Origin: Flectonema sp. DT1601 | Taxonomy: Eukaryota | Direction of reading: 5' to 3' | Assembly: GCA_964019425.1 (NCBI GenBank) | Contig: OZ025799.1 | Coordinates: forward strand, 744,001-808,000 | DNA length: 64,000 nt | Part shown: positions 32,978 to 44,841 of the stretch, in pieces | Layout of the letters: each line of letters opens with the position of its first letter | Position numbering within the stretch: the stretch's first letter is position 1 | The notes under the pieces: model-generated | What the model was told of the DNA's origin: nothing | Seen by the model: only the letters and a program-made list of their open reading frames with translations | Database searches by the model: none | Program-made: the position numbers and the translations under genes

Positions 32978-34924
32978 CTACTCTACAAGAGATGCTCCAA
33001 AAGGATGAGACGAATACGAGTCGTCAGATATTCCTTGGGATGATGAAGAAGACTTAGCTGGAGAGGCATTTTGATATCGTGATAGCCAATCATGTGAGTT
33101 GGTTACAAATACCTTCGTATTCGTGGAGTGAGTCACATGTTGTATTTCACAATCAGTTGATAATCTCCTCACACCATTCTGCAAGAATCCATTTGGTGGG
33201 ATCGGTAAAGTTATCAGAGAATCTGAAATGCTACTTTTACGTCTTCCCTGAAGCAAATTACCCAACGAGTTGAGACTTCGCAAGATGGGGAGCTTACTTT
33301 TCTTCGTGGCAAAGGAGCTTGCCCTCGCTCGAAGTGTTTCAGGGGAAGAGTTCCTTCTTGGTATTATTAGTTCTTTATTATTATCATCAGTTGTGATTCC
33401 TTTCATAGATTTGAGATAGTTGCCATTGGGTTTGACTTCTAATTGGGGAGCAGTAATTGTATTCCTGTTAGGTTGTGTACTCAGACAGCGGAAACTCTTA
33501 GCAGACAACAAGTTTGCAATACCTCCGTCGTAATGATTTACTACAGTCTTCCGACAGCTTTCTTCAACCATAAAGAATGCCTTCTCATATTCATTACGGA
33601 GATGCTCAACTGTCTGATCACTAATTTGCTTGGCATTGAAGAGCCAGCAACGGTAAGTAAAACTGTTCATAAGTTTTATTCGTGTTTCTCTTTCCTCTGC
33701 GATAATATTTCTATTTTTGAACAGACACCGAGTGATTATTGATCTCTTCTCCATCGCAACACATATAAGCTGCCTCTCCTTTGCCTGCTGTCTTTGCAGA
33801 CACTTGAAAGCTTTGGCAGAGCAAACACGTTGATTGGACGACAGGAGTTTAGTGAGTGCGTTTCTATGTGTACTTTCTTGTTCTGCTATCGACGAGATGC
33901 TATTATCAGAAGATAATTGAATGTGATTAAGTTGTTCAATTCGTGTGATGTAAGTTCTTGCTGTACACTCATCGTGACTCAGGCAGGCCAACGCGACGTC
34001 TCCTAACAATTCTGACGGTCGTCTTGACTTCCTCGGACTCGCTGAAATAATCTCAATACGCTCTTCGCATATAACAGGAAGAGACATCGATCCTTTTATA
34101 GTTGTTGAACGAACTTTGAATCTATGAACACCTGGTTGTAATGATATTCCTTGAAATACAGCTAAGCCACTCTTTGTAAAGATATCTTTAATATGATATT
34201 CAGAGATTCCAGTCTTTTGAATTAATGAAATACAGATGGTAGGATGATGTTTTACAAGTCTTCCTTCAAAGTCTACAACTTCACAACTAATACGAATGTC
34301 ACTACCGAATGATAACACTTTCGGGAAGTCTGATGAAAAGATAACAGCAGCGGGGTACATAGGTTTAGCGACAATACGAATTGCCTTACTCACGTACCTC
34401 ATATGACCACATGTAATCTTTAAGTTGTAAACGCCTGGACAAATTGAAACTATTAAACCAGAGATAGTAACAGTTCCTTTAGTCCAGTCAGCTTCCGTAG
34501 CAGATGAGATAAAACTGACGTTGGACTCTTTTACTGTTGGTCTCCACCACAGTGAGAGTGTTGACAACTGCGGAGTTATATTTCTGAAAAGAGGAACCTC
34601 AAACGATACGACAGCGTTAAAAACTGATCCTTGCTCTGCGTGATCTTCACAAAGACTATGAGAAAGTTGTATCTGAGGATCGCAATGTATCAAATCAAAC
34701 ACCATCGTCCACTTACAGGTATTGTTATCAATTGATGTGACTTGGAGTTCTACTTCACCATAAGTCTCTATTGGGTATGATAACTGAATGACATCACTAT
34801 TAATAGAATATATCACATCCCACTCACTGTAATCCCTCAGAGATATCATTATAATTTCAACAGGAATATCACATCTTATTACACACGGCATGCCGCAATG
34901 CAGCTTCTCAACAACGACTTCCAT
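32978..34924 (-). CDS. Hypothetical protein (beta-rich, possibly Ig-like N-half; helical and disordered C-half)
   Basis: About 650 aa open frame on the cluster strand. First ATG (MEVVVEK) at 34924. No recognised family. Confidence 0.6.
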   Translation of the reverse strand: MEVVVEKLHCGMPCVIRCDIPVEIIMISLRDYSEWDVIYSINSDVIQLSYPIETYGEVELQVTSIDNNTCKWTMVFDLIHCDPQIQLSHSLCEDHAEQGSVFNAVVSFEVPLFRNITPQLSTLSLWWRPTVKESNVSFISSATEADWTKGTVTISGLIVSICPGVYNLKITCGHMRYVSKAIRIVAKPMYPAAVIFSSDFPKVLSFGSDIRISCEVVDFEGRLVKHHPTICISLIQKTGISEYHIKDIFTKSGLAVFQGISLQPGVHRFKVRSTTIKGSMSLPVICEERIEIISASPRKSRRPSELLGDVALACLSHDECTARTYITRIEQLNHIQLSSDNSISSIAEQESTHRNALTKLLSSNQRVCSAKAFKCLQRQQAKERQLICVAMEKRSIITRCLFKNRNIIAEERETRIKLMNSFTYRCWLFNAKQISDQTVEHLRNEYEKAFFMVEESCRKTVVNHYDGGIANLLSAKSFRCLSTQPNRNTITAPQLEVKPNGNYLKSMKGITTDDNNKELIIPRRNSSPETLRARASSFATKKSKLPILRSLNSLGNLLQGRRKSSISDSLITLPIPPNGFLQNGVRRLSTDCEIQHVTHSTNTKVFVTNSHDWLSRYQNASPAKSSSSSQGISDDSYSSHPFGASLVE

Positions 34925-35407
34925 CGTTGTGGAAGCCACTGATAAAAGTGATGACGTGAATATAAATAAAGAACACAAGTGGTAAACGTGGTATTAAAAG
35001 GTTTGATTTTTTTCCCTCTTGCTGTAGAAAAAATAGTTTTATAACAACACAAAAAAAAGAATTTTTTAAAAAAAACAATAATAACAAGAGTAAATCAGCC
35101 GACATCTTCATGGAAGTCACTGCCTACAATCTGAACGGAAGGACAGATCATTTCCGCCAGGCTAGTGTAGCAAATAAAACAGAACAGGCACGCAAAGCCT
35201 ACAGAATTCAAAAAAAAAAAAAAAAAAAAAAATTGCAGTATTTTTTTTTCTATTTTTGGTACCCATTCACAACAACGAATAGAAGCAATAGTTTTATTAC
35301 AGCATTCAAAGGTAAGGCTAACAATAAAGAAAAGTAACACAAGTCAGTGAGTCTATTGAGCAAGCGGTTAGGGATTGAAGCTTTACTTTTTCTATTCCTA
35401 TTTGTAA

Positions 35408-36736
35408 TCACGAGAGATCAATTTCATCGACGTCACTTATATCGTCGGATTCTGTAACGGAAGAGCTGCTTTCATCATCTAAATTATTAGTAACTTCGAT
35501 ATCTATTTGAACAACACTTCCAGAAGTAGTTGTTGTCGTGTATGATTTGCCATCAATATCACAGTCAGCTAGTGTTAGAAATCTCAGAGAAACAGAACTC
35601 TCTAACGCTTCATCGATAACCATCAGCCCATCATTTCCAATTCGATTTCCAGAAAGATCTAACTTTAGTAGTTTACAGTTCGGTTCTGCTATAAATTGAG
35701 CTACATCAATACAACCAGTATGTCCAATTTCATTTTGACTAACGTCGAGGCATCTAACTGAGTTGTTGCTTTCCATTAGTGAAGCAAGAATAACACAAAG
35801 ACCATCACTTCCTATTAGATTATTTGATAAGTATAAAGCAGTTACTCCACAGGCATTTCTTAGTACTCGGGATAGCTCAACAGACCCTGGAACGTTTAAA
35901 TGATTATCCTGAAGACATAATGTTCTAAGACCCGATGTTGTTAATGCTTCATCCGAAACGTTTTTCATATTATGAATTCCATTAGCTCCAATCCCTAAGT
36001 GTGATAAGTGTTCTGATAAAGGAAGACAGTTAAACAACTTTGCTGCTCCAGCATCACAAAGTCTATTGTGATTAACTTCTAATCTTCTTAATGAAGATAA
36101 TCCTCTCATAACTTCAGTTAGGAAAGTAGCTCCTTCTTCACCAATACAATTACCATCAAGAGTTAGTATTGTTAAGTTTCCTCCATTCACTACTCCTTGA
36201 CTTAGTGTTAAGCAGGCTATGTTATCAATCCAAAGGTCTGATAAAGAAAGAATTCGAAGTGTTTTTGAACGTCCGACCTCACCAATTGCCTCGAATGTAG
36301 TGACTTCTGCTTTAGTGCAGCCATCAAGTTTTAAGATGTCTAATTCGATGTCTTCGTTTTCTGACAGTGATGTTAATATCGTTGAGAGACCTGTGCAAGG
36401 GATTCGAGCTCCTGAAAAATCAATTGTCTCAACATAATCAAGTGTTCCGTTATCTATCCAATCTCGTACAACAGTACACGCTTCTTCATCAAGTACAGCG
36501 TCACAGAATGTAATGTCAGTGACATTCTCTAATTCTGTTTCATCCATTGCGATGATCTGTTCTGGATAGCATCCATCAGCGTCAAGTTCTCTTCCTTCAT
36601 TTAATACTTCTGGTTCAATAGCTTTCTTCTTTTGTTTCGATACAACTTGAACTTTCTCCATTGATTTTAATTGTTTTTCCATCATTTCTTCAATTGATCC
36701 TCGCTGGTGTCTCACAGGGTCAACATGTGTATCCAT
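35408..36736 (-). CDS. Leucine-rich repeat protein (RNI-like)
   Basis: Repeated LxLxxNxIGxxG units (LTLDGNCIGEEGA, LYLSNNLIGSDGL, LDLSGNRIGNDGL). Confidence 0.85.
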   Translation of the reverse strand: MDTHVDPVRHQRGSIEEMMEKQLKSMEKVQVVSKQKKKAIEPEVLNEGRELDADGCYPEQIIAMDETELENVTDITFCDAVLDEEACTVVRDWIDNGTLDYVETIDFSGARIPCTGLSTILTSLSENEDIELDILKLDGCTKAEVTTFEAIGEVGRSKTLRILSLSDLWIDNIACLTLSQGVVNGGNLTILTLDGNCIGEEGATFLTEVMRGLSSLRRLEVNHNRLCDAGAAKLFNCLPLSEHLSHLGIGANGIHNMKNVSDEALTTSGLRTLCLQDNHLNVPGSVELSRVLRNACGVTALYLSNNLIGSDGLCVILASLMESNNSVRCLDVSQNEIGHTGCIDVAQFIAEPNCKLLKLDLSGNRIGNDGLMVIDEALESSVSLRFLTLADCDIDGKSYTTTTTSGSVVQIDIEVTNNLDDESSSSVTESDDISDVDEIDLS

Positions 36737-39259
36737 TTTGTTGTATTCCCCCCCTTTCCCTTACCTGATTGATAATGTTAGAAAGTGAAGTCGAAGTAAT
36801 CAACAAAAGGGAAAAAAACGATTAGCCTGTGAGAGGATATAATGAGCTAGTTGAAATATAACTATAACTAATTCTATCCTTTTGTCATTCAAACAGCTTC
36901 TGTCGCTAAGATCTCTTCCTATCTCCATAGTAACATAGCAACGATGAACTGCTGTTGGAGGACACAAAGCAGACATATCGAGCATCGCATTAGATATGAG
37001 AGATTCAGACAAGAGAGATAAAAAAAACGTCTGCTTTCCCCCTTGGAGTATAGACAAGATGGCAAAAATAAAAATGGGACAAAAAGCTGCCCCAAGAAGA
37101 ACAGTAGTGTTAGCTGCTTGTCAAATTTAGCAACGCGAGAAGACTAACCCAACGAAGCAATGATTCTAGGATCAGGGGCAAAGCTTGAGTTAAAAGGTGT
37201 CCCACTGCGCTATCCTTGGCAAAGCAGAACAAACACAACGAAAAAGAAAAAATAATAAATAAAAAGGCAATGTGAGGGAGAAAAGCTTTTTTTTTTTTTT
37301 TTTTTTTTTTGGCTTGATTGAATTTGAAAAATGAGGAAGAAAAAACAAATGAAAAATCCTTCTCGTACGTGTAAGCCAACAATAAAACAATCGCACAAGT
37401 CATTTTGATGGCACTGCTTGAACAAGAAGCCCGAGAAATGTTACCCACAACAGGAGTAGAACAAAGCGAAACGAACTCGTTTTGTAAATACACCTCCCCT
37501 ACTGGAATTACATTTCTGTGATAAAATCTAAAGGTTTTTTTTGGTTTTCAAAAAAAAAAAAAAAAACGGAATAAAAGTAACCACGAAACGTCAGCATGGG
37601 CAGCAGACAGCCTCGCAGAACAGGTACGAATGGAACTGTAAGGTTTTAAGTTTTTAGACAATAAAAATTATTCTGCATGTGCTTCCTGCACGGTCCCCTC
37701 AAACGCGATAGATAGACAGAGAGATGATGACCATAATATTTTGTGTAATGTGCATCACTGATATACAGCAGTATCGGTAAGATTATTTGACTGTGGGCTA
37801 GAGAGGTAAGACGAGCTGTCAACTTTTACCCTTCTTAAAAAATAAAAAGAAGGGAGAATAAATAATCGAAAAAAAACGGTTGCACAGACGAATGATGGGT
37901 GAATAGAAATACAAAAATAAATAAATTTTAAATAAAGAAAAAAAAGAGACAATCGTTTCGTTCGTGTAGGTGATAAGGAAAAAAAAACAATTTTTAAGTA
38001 CTCTCATACGCGTCTTTAAGCAAGCAGACGAGGTACTTGAATACCAGTAGTATGTTGTAAAAGTGTTGGATCAAATAGTTCTTTTTGTGATTCAAGAAGG
38101 GATCAGAGGAATAGTTCTCTTAATTTAATAAAAGATTCCCAAAACAGTCAACCCACGACTTGTCTCTCAGTAAATAGTATCAGAAAGTGATTGACTCTTC
38201 CCATAACTGCAGTATTGCCGTGAGACTCTCACTGGCAACAAAGAGACGTCTCACACAGTGGATGTAGGACACCCCCCACAACAAAATAAATTTACAACAA
38301 GTCTGTAAGAGATAAATAAATAAAAAGAGAAAAGCAATAGTGTCTTCATCGGTGTTGATCGTTAGTATGCCTCACCAATGGAACAAAAAGAATAGCTCTC
38401 TCTTTGACTACACAAATCATCAACCCTTTCCTTCAAAGAGGTTAAAAGAAAGCGTTGATACAATTCCCCTACAGAAAGGGAAATTTTTTTTTTTTTTTTA
38501 AAGAAAAGAATTAGTATTACCTAGCACGTCGGTTTAGCAAAAAAAAAAAAAAAAAAAAAGAAATATTGGCTGCTGCATGTTCCTCCTCGAAATCGTAAAG
38601 AAAACCAATACTTTTAATCCGATTTAGAAAAACGGGGGATTAAAAGGGGTTTTACACAAATTCCGTTTTTTTTTTTTTTTTTTTTCCACACAATGCCCTC
38701 GATAGCCTTCATCATAAGAGGGGAAAAAAAGAATGAAGAAAAAATAGAGAAATCAAGAAGAGTAAAGCGATTAGTATCCCGTGGATCAATACCAATGAGC
38801 AATCGTTATGTTTGCTCAAAGAATACACAGAAATGGATCATCATAGCAGATAATCCATCGGAACTATTTTTGATTTCTCAAATAGTAGTTTAAGAAAGAA
38901 GAGAGGAAGGTAATAACAAAAAAGACACCGCAGTCGAAACCACGAAAAGTAACACAAAACAGATTAAGCAGAATAAAATACCGAACCAAATATTAGCGCA
39001 ACCAAATCAAGTACACCCAGAGCCAGCATTCAACAAACTAGTGTTAATATTACTTACTTAGGGGGTGTTTCTCGTCATTGGTACACGCTCTCGGACAAAA
39101 ATAGAATGAAAGAAAGCATAAAAATCTTTTTTGAAATACATTTTTTTTTTTTTCCCCCTTCTCAAGGCAGATGGAAGCGCCTATTCTATCAAATATATCA
39201 AATAAGTTCCTTTTTTTTTTTTTCTATAAAAGTTCGTTCCAAACTAAAAAAAAATGAAA

Positions 39260-41449
39260 TTATTTAACATCGTCGAGTTCCCCTACTTCAGAATCTTTAT
39301 AATAAGAATATCCAGTGTCATTAAAACCGTCATCAAATTCATCGTTATAGTCAATGGAGCGTTCCACTATGGATAACTTATCACTCTGTACTGAAGAAGG
39401 TGATAATGCCTCAGAAAGGTCTTCTATAACAGGTCTAGAATTAGGATTGTGAGAACAGCATTGTCCAATTAATTTCCAAAGTGCCATCCTACTCGGATTC
39501 GTTGATGCCACTGTTTGCTGAAATCCAACAGGTGGAGGTGGTTTTGATCCAGTAAGAACCTCGAATAGCAAACAACCAAAACTATAAATATCATTATCAG
39601 GTTTACTTATCTGTTCATCAATGCATTCTGGTGAACACCACGGGACGTATTGTTCTGGAAGTTGAATTCTTGTTTCAAAATAAACACTAACCCCCGGTAG
39701 TAATATCAATTTCATGTCACCAGACTTGGTCGGGAGTATATTGCGTGAACAAACCGCATTATGAGCGATACCTAATTCATGTAAGAACGATAAAGCATTG
39801 ATTATTGGTTTTAATTTATAACAAGTCAATTCTCTGGAACCTGTCTGATGAAAATCAAGTAGAGAACCTTGCATGCAATTTTCTGATACGATGTAAATAT
39901 GATGTGGGGTGATGTCAACGCTGCCGGGCCTGCTATTCGACCAACCCATAACAGAAACGATGCTCTCATGAGAGAGCTTTGTTAGACAAGCAACTTCATC
40001 ATTTAGTTGTGAAATAATAACATGTTCATTATCACTCGCAAAGTGATATGGTATAAGTGTTACTGGTTCTTTTCGGTATCGAATTGCTGAATATATTCCG
40101 CTTTGGATGTTCGGATCAACGGGTTTTTTAGTCCTCAAAAACGGTTCCCAAGGTATCATATGACTGCTTGTATTCCCATCACCCATATAAATTGTTCTCA
40201 TCTCTTCATGAGGTATAAGCGAACATTCGTTTGAGTCAGTTATGGTTGTCTGTGATTTCTGTCTCAACTTCTCTCTCCGATAACTTCTAATTAACAAAAT
40301 CGGTAAACTACAACAACATAATATAACCAAAGACAACACAGCGATGACGACTAATAAAATTCTCTCCGTGTCGCTGTTTGCTTTGTTATTGTTGTTGGGA
40401 ATCTCAGAACCTAAATTGGATCCTACTAAAACTGATTGAACAGTAGTAGTAGTATCGTGACATATTGCAGCCATCCAATTGTTTGATAGTGCGATTACAG
40501 GACCTGGTGTGCTTTCTGGATGACAAATATCAAATGTAGTTACTTTAAATGTTTTTAAATCACACTGCAAAGTAGATATTGACGTACTTAGAATAACGTG
40601 ATCCATAACCACGTCCATGAAAACCATTTCAACTGAGTTTAGTACAGCTGTTCCTAATTCTAATAATTGGCTTTTATTTACTTTAAAAGCTCTAAACCCG
40701 ATTGAAGAAGCACCCGTGACAAGTAACATTCCATTTTTATATAATAAATTTAATTTTCTATCTCTAAGTGTCGTATATGGAATGCTAAATGAGGCGAATA
40801 TCGTATGAGGCGATGCAATGTTGATGACTACGATCATTCCACCATCATCAAAAGCAATGAACCCATCATCTGATACTGCTAGGGCTGTTGCAGGTGCAGA
40901 GCGTGGATTGTATATAATATCCCATCTATTGTTGAATGCTGATATGTGAGAACCTTTGTTGTTTTGTAATTCGTATTGTGACATTTTGATACTCGAGCTA
41001 TCACATGCTATGATGTAGTTTTTATATTTTAAATGGACAATGTTAACGTCTTTGATTCCATTTCCTCCTCTAGTCGCTATTTCATTATTGAGTGACCCAT
41101 TAGACCAATTGCGAACCGATAACGTTTCAGATCGAAGCATTAACACATTAGTGTTTGAGAGGTTTCGTATCCTAAAAGGGGAGTCTAGCCTAGCTTTTAC
41201 TGCAGTCTCTGATATTAATTTTGTGAATATGGTTGGTTTATTTCCCATTGTAGCCCTAACAGCGAATTGATATCCCACCGAATTTTTACACGTTATCGTT
41301 AAATCTGAAGTCTCTTCAAGATAGATGAAAGCATCGCATTCTCTTCCATATTCTCCCAAAAGCATTGGTGATATTGTAGCATGGTCTCTGTCAACAATAA
41401 CCAAGTGAGCCGTAATTAAATTTACCAACAACGCTGTGAGCAACATCAT
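39260..41449 (-). CDS. Single-pass receptor-like pseudokinase
   Basis: Signal peptide MMLLTALLVNLITA, beta-rich ectodomain and TM ILLVVIAVLSLVILCCC. Kinase fold (HESIV, PWCSPE, DIYSFGCLLFE, RP) lacking the VAIK Lys, HRD and DFG. Likely ATG at 41449. Confidence 0.8.
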   Translation of the reverse strand: MMLLTALLVNLITAHLVIVDRDHATISPMLLGEYGRECDAFIYLEETSDLTITCKNSVGYQFAVRATMGNKPTIFTKLISETAVKARLDSPFRIRNLSNTNVLMLRSETLSVRNWSNGSLNNEIATRGGNGIKDVNIVHLKYKNYIIACDSSSIKMSQYELQNNKGSHISAFNNRWDIIYNPRSAPATALAVSDDGFIAFDDGGMIVVINIASPHTIFASFSIPYTTLRDRKLNLLYKNGMLLVTGASSIGFRAFKVNKSQLLELGTAVLNSVEMVFMDVVMDHVILSTSISTLQCDLKTFKVTTFDICHPESTPGPVIALSNNWMAAICHDTTTTVQSVLVGSNLGSEIPNNNNKANSDTERILLVVIAVLSLVILCCCSLPILLIRSYRREKLRQKSQTTITDSNECSLIPHEEMRTIYMGDGNTSSHMIPWEPFLRTKKPVDPNIQSGIYSAIRYRKEPVTLIPYHFASDNEHVIISQLNDEVACLTKLSHESIVSVMGWSNSRPGSVDITPHHIYIVSENCMQGSLLDFHQTGSRELTCYKLKPIINALSFLHELGIAHNAVCSRNILPTKSGDMKLILLPGVSVYFETRIQLPEQYVPWCSPECIDEQISKPDNDIYSFGCLLFEVLTGSKPPPPVGFQQTVASTNPSRMALWKLIGQCCSHNPNSRPVIEDLSEALSPSSVQSDKLSIVERSIDYNDEFDDGFNDTGYSYYKDSEVGELDDVK

Positions 41450-42763
41450 AGTGATGAGCTGAGAGAACGGGGGGCAACTTGATACTAATATTAAATGGAA
41501 AGCAACTTGAAACTGGCAAAAACGAGAATAGGGTTCGGCCAAACCTGGTTGCAATATAAGAAATCAACAGTTGGTATCGATAAAAAATCCCATATGTGCT
41601 GGGGGGGATGAAACAAAAAAAAAATGACAAAAGAAAAACTCTCATTGCAATCCTCATCACGTGTATCTGATACATATTGTTAAGAGGCTTGAGGTAAGTA
41701 AGATAATAATTTTTTTTTTTTTTTTAAATTCACAAAAAAAAAAACAACACATCCAAACAAAAACTTTTTTTTTTTTTTTTGGACTGTTCTATGGAAACAA
41801 ACATTGATTTGTGATAAAAAGTTTTTTCTTTGACAAAAAACCGTTGTCTTCGGAGCAAAACAGTGCGAAATAAAAAATTATCAAAAACAGGCAATTACGA
41901 GTGCCCTGCCAATTCACATAAAGAAAGGAAATGGGGGAACGAGTGGGTTTTTACTTTTCATCTCTCGAATAGGTGGTATGTGTTCAGTACAAATAGCCCT
42001 TCGATAATGCGATGATCACAATACCCAGTAGAAACGGTTAACAGAATACCATGATCGACTGAACAATCTGCTAAAAAGAATAGACTTTGTGAAGACACAA
42101 AGTTTGTATTTTCTGTCTCCATCTTTTCTTACCCCCGTTTGGTACTCATTGATAGGGGAAAAAAGATAGATTGACAATAATATTTTTTTTTTATTTTTTC
42201 TACATTTTTTCTCGTTGAAAAGAACATTAAAAAAAACCAAGAATACACAGTTTTTTTTTTTTTTTTTTTTCAGTGTTCTGTCACAGCTAATTTTAAAATA
42301 CAATATCGGGGTTCCAGCTAACGGTTTTTGGACTCGCTGCCATGTTCCGAATATTGAAAACAAAAATTAACTGAAAACTCACCAAATAAAAGAATAATTT
42401 TTTTTTTTTTGCGATCCACTACATGACGCTTAGCTCAGTACGCGGAGCATAAAGGTTTCGTAACTAGGAAGAGGCTACACCTTAAGACTTCAGAATGCAT
42501 GAGGGAGAATAAAACAGCTAACATTTCATGCTGAAGTTGCAGACGAGTCTTTTTTTTCCCCTTTATAAAAAGTATGATGTTCTTTTTGTTTTTTATTTTT
42601 TGTTTTCGTTCTATCGCTCGTTCAGTTTTTTTCATTTATTATTCTTTTTTTTTGAAGAGAAAAGAGAAAGGCAAGGGTTTGCAAAAAAAAAAAGAGGAGG
42701 AAAAAAGAAAGGGAAAAATTCAAATCGAAGAAATACCAAATAACTAAAAATGTGGGTTTACAC

Positions 42764-44176
42764 CTATCCCATGTGGAATGAAGCAGCATCACCATTTTGA
42801 CCCATTTCCTTAAGGTAATTAATGTGTCTGCTGAATGCGTCAGTGAAACTAGGAAGGACGTTGTATTTCACATCGTGCTTCTTGCACACTTCCATAATAA
42901 TTGGAGCAAGCTTCGGGTAGTGGTACTGCGAAATTCCAGGGAAAAGGTGATGAACAGTTTGATAATTCAGAGCACCACACAACCAGGTCATAAACCAATC
43001 ACCGTGAGAGTAGTCAACGCTGGTTTTAATTTGAGATACTGCCCACTCATCTTTACACTTGTCATCGTATCCCTTGTCACCAAGTGGATAGTCGGCAACA
43101 TCTGAAATGTGGCTGACTTGGAAATTAAATGCCAAGTACCAACCAGTAATCATATCACTCATAATAAACATAAGAATGTACCACATGATAGGAACATTCA
43201 AGTATACAAGTGGTACAACAATCCTCCATGCTACCCAAGCAGCCTTAACAACAAACCAACCTGAGTACCACTGTGGGGAATGCTTTCTGACACGAAGAGG
43301 ACCAGCGTACTCTCCACCAAATGCGTGTGTGATGTCAGAAATTCTTACCTTCATACCTAATGACCCATAAGCAATAGGAAGGTATATGTGTTGATATTTG
43401 TACATAGATCCCCACTGCTGTTTTTTAACCAAGTATCTTGCATCGCCTTCCTTGCTTGGAGGGAGGTCAGGATCGGCTTCGAAAACGTTTGTCCAAACGT
43501 GATGTCCAACAACGTGCTGAAGATGCCAAGCTGTCATTGACACACCAGCGTACAAGTCCATTGTGAATTTACCAAAAAGATCCCACATCAAGGGCTTGTG
43601 ACTAAATGATCCATGAGAGCAGTCGTGCATTATATGAAGTAGTGGAAGTGCCTGAATCCATCCAAACATCAGAGCACCAATAATATTAACGAATCCTGGT
43701 AGCTCCATGTTGTAGCTGAGGTACAGAGAAACTGCCGCAATCATCATCATAAAACAGAACTTGTAGAATGGTTCAAACCAAGCCTTTGGGTCAATCTTAT
43801 TCTTAATAAAGTAATCCTTAACAACAGGTACTAAAGCATCGTACAAAGGAGTTTCTTTTGGGTATGTTGGTAGTTCAGAGTCGATGACCTTAGCGACTGC
43901 AAAATATCTCAATTTCTCTTCTGCTATATCTCTTGATAAAGCATGGTACGTACGAAAAGCATATGTTGCTTCTCTTCCCGCAAATGTTAACATCAATTCA
44001 CTTCCACCTGGATGCTTGTCAACGTAACCAGTCAGATCATAAGCGATGTCATCAACAATAACCCAACAGTCGTTCTTGGTGTTGTGCTTTGCTACTTCCT
44101 TCCAAGAAACTTCCTTCAGACCACTTTTTTCATCCTCTGAAATTGGATTCTTTCGGTTTCGAAGCCCCTCGACCAT
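42764..44176 (-). CDS. Cytochrome b5-fused front-end fatty acid desaturase (delta-5-like)
   Basis: HPGG, HDCSH, QHVVGHH and QTVHHLFP. Likely ATG at 44176 (MVEGLRNR), just downstream of a poly(T)-AG acceptor. Confidence 0.9.
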   Translation of the reverse strand: MVEGLRNRKNPISEDEKSGLKEVSWKEVAKHNTKNDCWVIVDDIAYDLTGYVDKHPGGSELMLTFAGREATYAFRTYHALSRDIAEEKLRYFAVAKVIDSELPTYPKETPLYDALVPVVKDYFIKNKIDPKAWFEPFYKFCFMMMIAAVSLYLSYNMELPGFVNIIGALMFGWIQALPLLHIMHDCSHGSFSHKPLMWDLFGKFTMDLYAGVSMTAWHLQHVVGHHVWTNVFEADPDLPPSKEGDARYLVKKQQWGSMYKYQHIYLPIAYGSLGMKVRISDITHAFGGEYAGPLRVRKHSPQWYSGWFVVKAAWVAWRIVVPLVYLNVPIMWYILMFIMSDMITGWYLAFNFQVSHISDVADYPLGDKGYDDKCKDEWAVSQIKTSVDYSHGDWFMTWLCGALNYQTVHHLFPGISQYHYPKLAPIIMEVCKKHDVKYNVLPSFTDAFSRHINYLKEMGQNGDAASFHMG

Positions 44177-44205
44177 TTCGTTACTCTCTTTTTGTGATAG
44201 CAGAA

Positions 44206-44231
44206 CTGAAGGCAAAAAAAAAAAAAAAAAA
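44206..44231 (-). promoter_or_regulatory. Putative trans-splice acceptor (polypyrimidine tract + AG) for the desaturase
   Basis: Minus strand reads T-run GCCTTCAG, with the AG about 30 nt before the ATG. Confidence 0.5.
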
Positions 44232-44475
44232 TCTAAAGTTGACCCCATCTCATCCCGTTGCAACAGCAAAACATAAATCATCCAAACTCTTAAGGGCAAT
44301 ACAAAACTACAAAAAAAAAAAAAAAAACCATTCAGACAATCCTTACATTTTTGTTGATCGCGGACAGTATTACTGGCGCACAGGGAACATCGATAGCATT
44401 TTTACCCATAATAAAATAAACGGTAGTCTGAATAGTTTCTTCGAATTCGTCGGTACTACATCAGAAGAACAGTAC

Positions 44476-44841
44476 TTACTTAGGTGAATCTTGCTTTGCT
44501 GTGGATATGAGCTTCTTAGACCCATCAGGGAGAACGTCATATGTTTTTACTGTTAAAGTGTTATCCGAATTACAAGATGTGATACGAACTGTGCCTCCGC
44601 ATTTTGATTGGGAATGTTCAGGTGGGTCTTTTCCTAATAGTTTACACCAGCGGTATTTAATTTCATATTTAATCGCTTCAAACAATGCCAGTACACTTCC
44701 AATTATCATTTGTCTCATCCATTCAGGTGTGGTGACCCAAAGAACAGCACCACCTGCTACTAATAGCCCACTTTTCTGAAAAGAATATTTCGGAGGTTTT
44801 CCACTACAATACCTACGTGATTTCACCACCAAGCGTAACAT
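44476..44841 (-). CDS. Small hypothetical protein, probable mitochondrial membrane protein
   Basis: 121 aa. Arg-rich, acid-free N-terminus MLRLVVKSRRYCS followed by hydrophobic segments. Confidence 0.55.
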   Translation of the reverse strand: MLRLVVKSRRYCSGKPPKYSFQKSGLLVAGGAVLWVTTPEWMRQMIIGSVLALFEAIKYEIKYRWCKLLGKDPPEHSQSKCGGTVRITSCNSDNTLTVKTYDVLPDGSKKLISTAKQDSPK

